In this document: positions 26,201 through 36,628 of the stretch, piece by piece
Position numbering within the stretch: position 1 is the first letter of the stretch
How the letters are laid out: every line of letters starts with the position of its first letter
Assembly (NCBI GenBank): GCA_030141605.1
Contig: JAQGDQ010000476.1
Coordinates: forward strand, 1-64,000
Direction: 5' to 3'
Source: Tubiluchus corallicola
Lineage: Eukaryota; Animalia; Priapulida
Length of the DNA: 64,000 nt
Notes under the pieces: generated by a model
Databases searched by the model: none
What the model was told of the DNA's origin: nothing
The model's input: only the letters and a program-made list of their open reading frames with translations
Program-made: the position numbers and the translations under genes

Positions 26201-29200
26201 AAAATGTGTCTTCCTCAGATTTTCAAAGCTACAAGTGTTTTCAGAAAAATATAAATAATGTTCAAGTTGCATTTTTATTCACATAAATCCCACATCTGAC
26301 CAAAGCCATTTTCACATTTTTTTATAAAATACATAAAAAACACTTATAAAGTACATACATTTACCGCATGGCAATGACCAGTTAGTTATTACATATTTGG
26401 GTTGTATACCAAAACTAACAACATATATTTTTTTGCTGTACTGTATAACTTCGAACAGTTATGTTTTCATCATTGTTTTACTATTATATAAGTAAATGTG
26501 AAAATTCAACAACAACAACAACATTTGATCAATCAATCAACAAATTGCTGTTAGTGCTCAAGTGTGCTAGACAAAGATGGATCTAATATTCTTGAGTACT
26601 ATCATTTCGTGATATTCCCATCTGACTACAAGCAGGCCTAAGAAAATTGAAAAACATACGAGCAAAGTGTTTCAGTAGTGTAGATTTTGCGGACTCAGCA
26701 CTTTTACAAAAAACATTGTGAATTTTCCTAGTAGACATGGAGGGTGCAGGGAACAAGAATAATTTTGCTAAAGTTCTCGTATTCAGTCAAGCCAAGAAAA
26801 AGCTTTTGTGACATTAGTTTTCCCAAAATCTGAGCATGTATTTTCCCCACGCTTTTTGAACTATGACTTCCTCAAAGTATGTAATGGTGGCAATATAACT
26901 GTAATTCCATGCTTGTCGTATAATTTAAATAAACCTAAGTATAAACTTAACCTGCAATAAATGGTTTTGTGATTCATAGTAAAATTACAAACACGATTAC
27001 TTTTGAATGGTAAGAAATGTCACAAAAACTCCATCATACATACAAGATGATTATCCTTTTTTTATTAAGGTTCTTTTACCACTTTTTGCTAAACAGCAAT
27101 TTTTAAAATGGCACTAAGACAGCTGAGTTAGTAGATTATGTTATCAACCATTAATGCGGTGCTGGCAATTTCTGTAGCCGTTCTGAAAGCCATCAGTTTT
27201 GATCTGAATAAATCTACTTTTTCATTTCCTGACACAATTTGTAGCGGATGGATGTCAGCAGGTTCAGATGCTGCGATGTGATGATCTTTTCCACTAAGAC
27301 CCACAGTTCTGAAATCATCTGCATTCACATCACATTTTTTCACAAGACGACAAGCACACGTTTTGTTATTGTCACTGACATCATTATCAGTCACTGCACT
27401 GGCCCAACAGTGATGGTACTCACCATCAGAGAAGTGAAAGTCATCGCTCTCCACCGTATTGATTGCGATAGTCTGTAGACACGACGCAAATGTGTTACTA
27501 AGCATGTCTAATTGAGCTTCACTGCAGTTAAGTTCATCCTTTAGTTGTTGCTTGTTTTCCTGTACAAGTTTCCTAATTTTGTTTGCTAAATGTGTTTCCA
27601 AGCAACCGCCTCCAACAAGAACCTGGAAAAACGACTAGTTATTGTATGTAAGTATAGCATGAAGCACAATGTACATGATGCACACAGACAGTACCAAACA
27701 GCATTTATAACAGACTTTATTGCTTGATCATAAACTGAAAATTATGTGAGCATGGCATGAGTGACAAATCTGTAAATTGTTAAAGCACAAGAAAATGTTT
27801 TTTATAAATAAAGCTTAAAAAATTCATCTTGAAATTTTATATCGCTTGTGTACTGTCATATTGCATGTAGAGCTTACGTTAACAGTAACACTGCATAAAA
27901 CTAATAAATCTGAACTCCTGCGATCACCATTAGGTGAAGCCATTTTAAAGGTATGTTTGAAACAAGTTTAGATGACACTGTGTAAAGTATGACAAAATAA
28001 TCAGAACATTCGTACTGTACTCTTCTTTAACTAAGCAAAAGTTTAAATTATTTTACATTGTCAATAAGATCAAGAATTTGTTTGTTTTTTTGGTGAATCA
28101 GTGATGCACACTGCGATGGCGATGCAGTGCCATTTTACCAGGTGGTGTAACCATTTTAAATTATTAAGAATTTTCTTTTGCAATTACATAAGTTTTTCAA
28201 ACAGGTAAGCTTAATTCTAAGTAATATAACTTTGTATAGAAAGTTCATTAGAATATACTTTAAAATTCCCTTTCCTCTGCCTTAGCTTTGTCTACTTAAA
28301 TATGTACCTTACAGTCTCTCAGAAGATGGCTTAAAGTATCTATGGCTGTGTTACAGACAAGCTTGAGTTCTTCCAATGATTCTTCAGTTCTCTGACAAAG
28401 AACTATTGTTTGTACTTTAATGTTTGTGTTTGACATGTGCAGATAGCTACGCCCATTGATCACACGGTGGTCAACATTGTCCATGTACCCGTAGTAAGTT
28501 GTCATATCTTCTGAAATAAGGGTTCGTACTAGTATTCCTCCACACAATTTCTCCACTGCGTGAATAAAACGAATTGACAGTCTTTCTAATGAAAAAACAC
28601 CGTGCCGTGATAAATATCGCATAACAGTAGGATGGATAACTTTCTGGCAAGCTACAATATTTACTTCATCCTTTATAGCCTGGTCCATTATTTTCAGTAT
28701 ACGGTCCATGACCACCTTTTCACTAGATACTCCGGAAGTTATGTTGTAGTGCACATCAGGGAACAAATCGGTATCTCCACTAAGGGATGCAGAAAACACA
28801 ATAACCTTGATTCGTGATCTAGCATCCCTTTTCCATGCCCACTTCCAAGTAAAATGTGCAGGTATAGTTGGAGCATCACACAAAACGCCATCCAAAAGAT
28901 GCGACTCCATCACTGGTTTTCCCTCTATTGTGGCAGTCAGCACAGGCAATAACTTTATATTACTACAGTCACTGCTACCAAAGCTGTTTAAGAAAGCTTT
29001 AAGCAGTATTCGTGCTATGGTCTCTTTTTCCATCTCGTCGATGAGGCAACAAGCCGGTTTGGAATCGATCACAGTGCGCACTACTGCCAAAAGTGGTTTG
29101 TGACTATCAAAGTTTATTGAAAGTTTGGCTTCGCATTCGTCGCTTATCAAATACTCATGGCAAAGGTTTGCCATCTTTTGCAGTGCTTTGCTGCACAACA

Positions 29201-32200
29201 ATTGATTTTCACCACTTTGCAGCATATTCAGTACAAGGCTGCAGCAAAGCAAGCAAGTAAATAGTCCAAAATCGCTTGCTGTTTTTAGCTGATTTTGTGC
29301 ACCATGAACAATTAGTTTAACAACAGGGTGCAGAATAGACATATTTGAAAACAACCTCTGTGAAGAGGAGGTCAGTGTAACATGGCCGCCACATTGGCTT
29401 TGAATCATTTTCAGCTTGCCATTGGGACCATAACATGATTTCACCAGTTCATGAAATGTTTTTAACTTGTCCAATACAGTCTTGTCTGTCATGATAGAAA
29501 ATGTTTTATTTATAGCACCAAAATCGTTTATTCTAGTTTGTGTATCCATGGTAAATTTTAGTATTTACATGAATCAAATATTCAAAGGCACGAGTTACTA
29601 GCTAGCACAAAAACACGTCACCCTCTACCAAAATGCAGTAGATTATAGTAATTGGAACGCGATGGGTCCGTGGCTTTTTTATATTATTTTACATAATTAT
29701 GCGCTCCATAATAAGTTTTAATAATAAGGAATCCAGTTGCTTCCATCTTGTGGCTTTAAACCTCCAGTAACTAGCAACACTATGTCTACTATCCACCAAA
29801 CTCCAAAACCGCCCAGTGTTAGAAGCTTGCCAACAGCTGAACCTGTGTGTCCCAAACAAAACCTGTCCATCCCTAGAAAGCCAAGCAATACAGAGTAGAT
29901 CAACGTTGTTACAAAATAGTGTCTCGTATACTTGATACATGGCATTCCCTCTCGGATAAACGTTCTGTTGCCATAGCATTCTATGTCTGGAAGTACGGTG
30001 CAGTTAACGGGTGTCACTTCAATGTCTTCGTAACGATCACCACCCCATTTTGTGCAACCGTAGCCAAGTTCTTCTCTTGCTGTTGCATTTCCGTCTAGGT
30101 CTACAGGGTCGTTACAGTCGATAAACTGATCTGGTAACATACAACACAGCACAAGAGGAGAATCTGGTCGAAAAGTATTGCTATTTGTCTCAACAGTCGC
30201 TTCTTTCAAACAGTCTTCTGGGATAATAGTCTTATTAGTAGTGGTTACTATTGAGAAGCAGCAAAGAAAAGTACACAGGAATGTTAGTGGAATGTTCCGT
30301 GTGCATGACATAACACAAAAATGTGCCATTCGATCTTACTTTTGATGTCAATTTTCATGGAAAAAATGATGATCATGTAAAAAATAATTATATGCTAAAT
30401 TTAATTATCACTGCAGCCACTCGGCACTTTATGCTGTTTAATTACACCCAGCAGAGATTCGGGTAAATATTTTTCGTAATCCAGACAACTTTCAGAAATT
30501 GCCTTAGCAGCTAAACATTCAAGTTTAAACTCGTGCGCACATGTCATGCACAAGTTTACTTCTTCAACGAGTGATTGCGTGTAAATAAATATGCTCTTGT
30601 GTCTGATGCTGCCACCTAGCCACAGAGCGATATCATCACATAAATGGGTTCTTCTTTTATAGAAAGCAGTCCAAGACGCTAACACTTCAGCTGAAATTAA
30701 AAACAAAAGTTATAAAATATTTACTGTAAAGTTTTAGTTATACCCAACAGTAGAAGTAACTATATTAGCATTACTAGTAAACCTACTTAATATATAGTTC
30801 TATGAAAGTAGTATAGGCACTATTTTGTTGTTTTTAATAAAGCCTGATGTTCATGTACGACACTGGGTACTTTTACCCTACAGGGTATAATACATATAAC
30901 AGACATTAGAACAGCCTTGCCCTATATTTTAAAAGAAATGATATTGACTTTTGTGTAATAAACATACAATGACTTTTTGCAACTGGAATGGCAACCTCGG
31001 GCTTAGTCAACGCTCACATGTGAATGTTTCCATAAAACAATTACAACTACAACTGCTGTTCCTAGTGTAAGCAGCTGGTAGTGTATTGCCTTTATTGAAG
31101 CAGTCCATAATCCATAAACCAGTATGTGAATCTAGTGCAGTTATCGCGTGAACAGAACACGCGCTATGATGGGTTAGTCTGCTCTACAGTCTTTGTTGGC
31201 AAATATGCCTGTCATTAAAACAGTAAACTTCACCTGGTATATAAGAAGCAGCATATATTAATTTTCGAATTTCATCCAATGATTTAATCATTCGATCGCT
31301 AGCATACGAAATCTGTTCTAACTGACGAAGTTTTTCCCGTAAATTGTTGATGTTAGTGACCCACATAACAATTCGCAGTTTGTCTGCGAAAGAATTCGCC
31401 TTTGGCTGTAATTTCGTGTCATCCGTAGCACAAAAGATTTAGTCAGTTTTAAAATCGTTATAAATTTGCCACGGAAAAATTAATTAACGCATAATTTGAA
31501 TGAATATTACAAATTTGTCAACAGTTTACAGTTAGCGTACTGTATCATTATCCTCGTTCCCAGGTATGACGTGTGGTCGCAACTCACAGTCAACGCGTTT
31601 TATTTTCCAAAGGAATTCATTCACAAATGGGTTTATTAAGTAGCGCTTGCCAGGCTCTGGCAGGCAGGCAAAGCCAGCTAACCGTAGTAATGATGATGTA
31701 CATGTATATCATTTATTACTTACCAGGACGTTAATAAACAAAATTTTGGGAGTCTTGAAACTTGGAAGGAATGCTGTTTCGATCGTTAATGTCTCTGCTA
31801 ATTTTAAGGGGAAACACGATTATTATGATTACAGTTTGATAGTTTTTAAACACTATTGCATTTTTATAACAATAATACAAAACCTGCAAAATTGATAGCA
31901 GAGCATAGGTAAATGGCTTAGAAAGCTGTCAAGTACCATCATGAGCCATTTTTAATATCTGACAATCATGCTTGTATTATTAATTCCTGAAAACCTTTGT
32001 GTGGTGCTATTTGTGCAAATAAGCTTTAATGCTATAATGCTTTATTTTTCACAGTTGTTTACTTTGTCTTTTTTAAATAAAGGTCAATGTCAAAAATAAT
32101 CAATAATTCAGTTTATTAATTAAATTTTGTAAGCCTCTTGCTATTTTTAAGTAGTCGTAAGAATTTTTTGCAGAATAGATCAGCTGTTGAGTTGTACACA

Positions 32201-35200
32201 AATAGTAGTTGTTCGTGGGATTACCACACTTCAGTTTGACTTTTAGTCTATGGAATGTGCTGTGATCACTCAAGTGCTTTTAATCCAAATTGTTCCAATA
32301 CAGCTATAATTAATTAGTGGCACTATGAGTATCATTGTGGACTGCATATATTAGCAAATTTATGTGCTCATGCAACAATTTTAATTCTTGAATGTTGCAG
32401 GAGAAACGACACTGGCGTCGCTACATCTATCTGTGGATAAATTATGCTCTTTTTGAGGAATTGGAAGCTGAGGATTCAGAAAGGACACAGGAAGTCTATA
32501 AAGCTTGCTTGGAGCTTATCCCACACAAAAAATTTACTTTTGCTAAAATTTGGTTGCTTTTTGCTCAGTTTGAAATTCGGCAAAAGAATTTATCTGCTGC
32601 TCGAAAAATCTTGGTAAATATTTCTTAAAGCACTTAAGTTTTTTGTTTGTTGAAAGCTGGTTAACAAGATTGTTGCTTTGGTTGTTATTGTGATCAATAT
32701 TCATTTAAAAGTTCTGCTAATAATAGCCAGTTGTTGTGAATTGATAAAAGCAGTGAAACTAATATAGGGAGTGACAAATTGGAAAACAAATGTTTTTGCA
32801 ATTAGGACAAGAATGAGTAAAATTAAAATTGTCTGCAACGAACAACAATCATTAAACAGTTACTAAATTTACTAAATGTCATGGCATGTTGTGTGAGAAA
32901 GTTTAGTAAAATTATTAAAAGCATTTGTTAGCTAATTATTTGAGTTATTGAGTAATTTTAAGTTAAAATTTTTAATGTAATAATTTACGTGGTAATGTCA
33001 AAGCATAATATTGAAACATTGCTTGAAATCAGCTCTTGCTAAGTTGAGACATCATATGTACTTATTATTATGTGCATCAAGTTAAATTTAACAACACTTA
33101 AGCTATAGGTGATTATTCCTTCCTTGCTTAATAACATTTTAGTTGATGACATTGACAAGGCTTGCATGTTGTAGGGAACGGCTATTGGAAAATGCCCAAA
33201 AGACAAATTATTTCGTGGATACATAGACTTGGAGATTCAGCTAAGGGAATTCGATCGTTGTCGCATCTTGTACGAGAAGTTCTTGGAATACGGATCAGAG
33301 AACTGCACAACGTGGATTAAGGTTTACAGTTTTCTGACACTTTTGCGGGAAGCTAAAACTTGATTTGTGTTTGTTTGCTACTGATCCTTTTAAACCAAAA
33401 TCACACCCGATACATTTGTGGCATTATGCTTAGCCATTTTCTAGTTCTACTCTAAAGACACAAACGAGAATTCATGGAGTTTCATTTTATTTTCTTTACA
33501 TGTTAACAGGATATTCATATCCTTTTAAAGTAATTTGGTGTTAGCATTACTAAACTTTACTGAATTTTTGGAAGTCTTTGGAATCCTTTGTGCAGTCATC
33601 CATTAAAAGCAAGCAGTATGGAGCCTTGCAGGCAATTGGGATAGGTGACAACTTTGCCATGTTCCTCCCTGATGTTCTGTAAACATCCAAATGAGGCTGC
33701 CAGCTTAGCATCTCATTTTAGATGATCATCTCTGAATAATATTCTGTGTCTTGTCACAACTGTCTCTGTACCAGCCATATCATTGTGTCCTGATTACCAA
33801 CGTGTAGATTGAACTATATAAAAAAACCTTGATCCTTCATGTCAGCTTGAAGTTTATAGCTTCACAATGCTAGCATTTGAGATTTCCTCACTACTGCTCC
33901 AGCTTCATGGATGACTTTGACATTTCACTCTCATTTATGCAGTAAAGATGAGGTGTATATTCTCATCGCATTCTAGAACATTAGCTTTGCTTACGTGCAA
34001 GAGTAAGTATATTTCTTCCATCTCTAGTTTGCAGAATTGGAAACAATACTTGGTGACACCGACCGGGCTCGGGCCATTTACGAACTTGCAATACAACAGT
34101 CGCGACTTGACATGCCTGAAGTTCTCTGGAAGTCATACATAGACTTTGAGATTGAGTTGTCAGAGTATGACAGAACCAGAAAATTGTACAGGAGATTATT
34201 GGAGCGCACACATCATGTCAAGGTACATTCAGTTCACCACTGCCGTGTTTTGTTGATGATAGCTGTATGAGTTTCAATTTTTTTAGCTTTAAGTTAAACT
34301 ACGCTAGCATGGTAGCAATTTTTGAAACAGAGATGTCTATTTACTATTGCAAAATATGAATTACGTCTTTTTTTGGAGCTCATGTACTGCATTATACTAG
34401 TTTTACTGAATCCATTGAGGCCACAGTGATTACACTTTGTTTAGTTCTACACTTATTTTAGGTGTGGATCAGTTTTGCACAATTTGAGCTGTCAGTGAAC
34501 TCAGAAGAACTGTCACAAGCTAGAGCCATTTACAAAGAAGCAAACAAGGCGCTGAAGGGTTCCCAGGAAAAAGAGGAACGGTTGATGTTATTAGAGTCCT
34601 TTATGGAGTTTGAGGTAGCCCATATGTTTTCTTTTTTGCTTGCTAAAATACATTTCTGCTGGTCTAAAGTCGCAGTGTGTAATATCGTTGTGCTTCAAAG
34701 TAAAACATTATTGCTGTAAAGGAATTATTATTGTATAGTAGTTTAAATTGTAGTAATATACAGTGTAGAAACTAGGCTGGTTTGTCGAAATGCCTTTTGG
34801 TTATTTGCTATTAGTATTGGTAATGCAACCCTCAATGGCTCTTTGGCTAGTGCCACCTGTGAGAGTTTTTGTAGCAGCTTAGTTTTCACTTTTCACGTCA
34901 GTATATTGGTTTTTACACTTATTTGTTACTTTGTTAAGAGATAAGATAGGCATATTTTATTGAAACTACATGCTCACAATCTCAGGCAAAACATTTCGTG
35001 TATATCCTGTAGACAAAGGGTCTGTATATTCTTTTACTTCCCTACTGTTTGTTTGTCAATAACGGTCATAGCTGCATTTATATTTGACTAGTTTATTTTT
35101 TGTGACAATCACAAGTGGTTATACAGTAATTTAATGTTCAAAAATACTATGATGGTATGAAGTTGCTGCATTAGAATTCTGGTCGTAGTCAGTAGACAGA

Positions 35201-35509
35201 AATAATGGATAACTATACTTTTGTTTCATGTTTTTTCATTAACAGAGATTTTTGCTGCAGAATGAATATGGGGATGAACAATCGCACGAGGAGTGCCAGA
35301 ACCTGATGCCCAAACGAGTGAAAAAGAGGCGAAAAGTGCAAACAGAAGATGGTACGGAGGCAGGCTGGGAGGAGTATTATGACTATATCTTCCCCAGTGA
35401 TGAGGCAGCACAGCCGAATCTCAAACTACTGGCAATGGCAAAGGCTTGGAAAAAACACCAAGAAGATGAGACAATGGTACAAGTGTCCAGTGACAGTGCT
35501 GTGTCCTAG
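8254..35509 (+). CDS. CRNKL1: Crooked neck-like protein 1 (HAT-repeat spliceosome NTC subunit), 13 exons, 675 aa
   Basis: Exons: 8254-8283, 15433-15585, 16730-16821, 17324-17526, 18472-18592, 19132-19312, 22673-22834, 25890-26018, 32401-32613, 33175-33321, 34028-34222, 34462-34614, 35261-35509. All introns are GT-AG, phases are consistent and the total is 2028 nt. Peptides include [54 protein letters not shown] and [11 protein letters not shown]...[13 protein letters not shown]. Confidence 0.96.
8370..9010 (+). mobile_element. Degraded CR1/L2-group LINE 3' fragment in CRNKL1 intron 1
   Basis: Remnant RT motifs: YLGLVID..TWEPHI near 8415-8470 and [14 protein letters not shown] near 8900-8935. 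Confidence 0.65.
11436..12806 (+). CDS. CNPY3: Canopy FGF signalling regulator 3/4-like ER protein (saposin-like DUF3456), intronless CDS nested in CRNKL1 intron 1
   Basis: Signal peptide, [57 protein letters not shown], an acidic and Lys-rich tail, and a C-terminal KTEL ER-retrieval-like signal. CNPY3 versus CNPY4 cannot be resolved by eye. Confidence 0.9.
   Translation: MMIITRLLINCLLLSVLVPLFALASDDDDDPTERRPSKCEVCKMLVAELDERLGKITSHDQFEYGRFGMKAAKKVKFNKSEARLIEVLDEVCDQVYTYKVHAERKGSLRYAKGETQTMQTLKGLRNKGVKVDLGIPLEMWDTPHAEVGHAKRMCEVMREEYEENIEEWYFGDQEKSLAQFLCTEIILKGEDDQCLSEVYVPEDDDDDDDDDDDDDNTDDNKDNKDDSEKKTSKKKSKREKGDTGNRYSTSRRKRVEKRTDDSESKHDSEKVKEGNDTDKDKKNTEKKAKKDVNENKHVDDSKKESKEVKENSEKMVKVTEVRDDGLKDLKEKGEIDAAVGNDTRSDKESETIVVGTKSGNKEFEKKSKRVTKDSDKDSDNKDTEKPGKKLKRDTNVSSAEVSEKEEKELGTDSDDNSAKVSGRKTKDMKEGTGDKISKKQSKNVKGDVGKFPKTEL
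18655..18795 (+). repeat. Degenerate (CAA/GAA/TGA)n triplet repeat
   Basis: Directly visible (caacaacaatgacaacaacaagaa...) in CRNKL1 intron 5. Confidence 0.8.
19673..22026 (+). mobile_element. Internally deleted Ty3/Gypsy (Mag-like) LTR retrotransposon
   Basis: Diverged LTRs at ~19673-19826 and ~21850-22026. PBS TGGTGTCAGA-GATTCGAGCCC at 19829 and PPT AGAAAGGGGGA at ~21839-21849. A broken gag starts at ATG 20307 with tandem zinc knuckles ([24 protein letters not shown]), followed by protease [11 protein letters not shown]. No RT, RNase H or integrase is visible. Confidence 0.9.
23150..23565 (+). repeat. Interspersed repeat family, copy 1 (copy 2 at ~57400-57822)
   Basis: Colinear shared blocks: ATCAAATGAA..ATCTAGTGT, GGTTTATTTTTCAAATCGGG.CCAC.GGGA and GGAAAGAGGAGGAA....CTACA.GA.GTG. 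Confidence 0.7.
24430..25230 (+). mobile_element. Degraded CR1 LINE RT 3' fragment
   Basis: KFADDTKIY at ~24488, then LQNDLD, KEKDLGV and CRKCFF..RVI....[14 protein letters not shown]; many indels. Confidence 0.8.
27128..29549 (-). CDS. MKKS: McKusick-Kaufman/BBS6 chaperonin-like protein, 2 coding exons (29549-28308, 27622-27128), 578 aa
   Basis: [45 protein letters not shown], and exon 2 [13 protein letters not shown]...AFRTATEIA. The GT-AG intron is phase 0. Confidence 0.93.
29718..30329 (-). CDS. TM2D2: TM2 domain-containing protein 2, intronless
   Basis: Signal peptide, [45 protein letters not shown], and the TM2 motif [37 protein letters not shown]. Confidence 0.95.
   Translation of the reverse strand: MAHFCVMSCTRNIPLTFLCTFLCCFSIVTTTNKTIIPEDCLKEATVETNSNTFRPDSPLVLCCMLPDQFIDCNDPVDLDGNATAREELGYGCTKWGGDRYEDIEVTPVNCTVLPDIECYGNRTFIREGMPCIKYTRHYFVTTLIYSVLLGFLGMDRFCLGHTGSAVGKLLTLGGFGVWWIVDIVLLVTGGLKPQDGSNWIPYY
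30401..31366 (-). CDS. Uncharacterised 140-aa protein (exons 31366-31234, 30690-30401) with a C-terminal BC-box/VHL-box-like segment
   Basis: Donor CCAG|GTGAAG and acceptor TTTTTAATTTCAG|CT join in matching phase 1 to give one ORF. The C-terminus [10 protein letters not shown]...[16 protein letters not shown] resembles the FEM1 C-terminal L.CLAA..I....Y...IP..L..F...H box. Confidence 0.6.
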
Positions 35510-36628
35510 TGTAGAGCTTCCTATGGCATGTTGAGCATTGTGCCAGACAATGTACATTGTGTAAATACTGTAGCAATATGTAGAACCTCTCATTATTTCA
35601 CATGCTGAGGTAAAGAAAAATTTGAATGCTGTTGTGCAAGAAAGGCATCGTAATAAAATTAATATGCTCGTTTTGCAACCGTCATTACAATCAGCCTTGT
35701 TGTCTTTAAAAATAGGGCATTTCAAATTCTTGTCAAATTCAAATAGAGTTGATGTTTCACAAAATTTTAATAGGAGTGATCTCGTCTACATGTATATGTG
35801 GTAGTGTTTGAAGCTGAAAGATTTCATCAGATATGACATGAACTCATCACATATTTCATCACTTCTGCTATTTTTACCTTCTAATTCTATGTTCAATTCC
35901 TTCACTGTTTATGGCATTTGATATTTTGCAGAAATATAAACAGTAATTCATCACTAATGAATAGTAAAGAAATAAGAACACATATGATTTTAAATAAAAA
36001 ATATATAGAAAAGAATACTGGTGCAGATCGTGAACAGTGATTTTTGCTTCGGATACATTTTCATAATTTTTGTACAATATAATTCTAAAACTTTTGGCTA
36101 ATAAATTAAAAACAACTTTCAACTTGATAATGTGTGTATTTGCACTCAAAATTCACGAGAACTAAATAGATATGATTTTCTGTAATAGTTAAACAAAGCA
36201 TGCAAAATGGTTTAAATCAAAAATTCAAAACTCGATTAAAATTTTGTATAATATGCAGACATGAATAATCCTTTGTTGAAATTGTACCCGTTTAAATTAA
36301 TGCTTATTATTCATACTAAAACAACTAATAGTTTCTCCAAAGGGATTAGTTTTTATATATATATATTTTTTGTGCACATCATCAGATTAAATTGGTTGCT
36401 GGATATTGCTAAATAATTTGCCCTATAATTATCGTTTTTGCGTGTGTCATCTACATGATTGCATTGTGATTGCAGATGAAAATAATTTGCCACAGGATTG
36501 AATAAAGCTTTGTTATATAATATTAATAATAAGCTTTACTTATATGCCATGAGTAAACAATAACAAAAACATGATAAATTGGTATACATTCCACACAACG
36601 CACCTATCCTTGTGAACTTTAATTAGCA

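Noticed and set aside
31004-31132. Possible alternative exon encoding a hydrophobic peptide ([18 protein letters not shown]) in the intron of the 140-aa gene
   Set aside because: Weak acceptor and no start codon; it may be chance.
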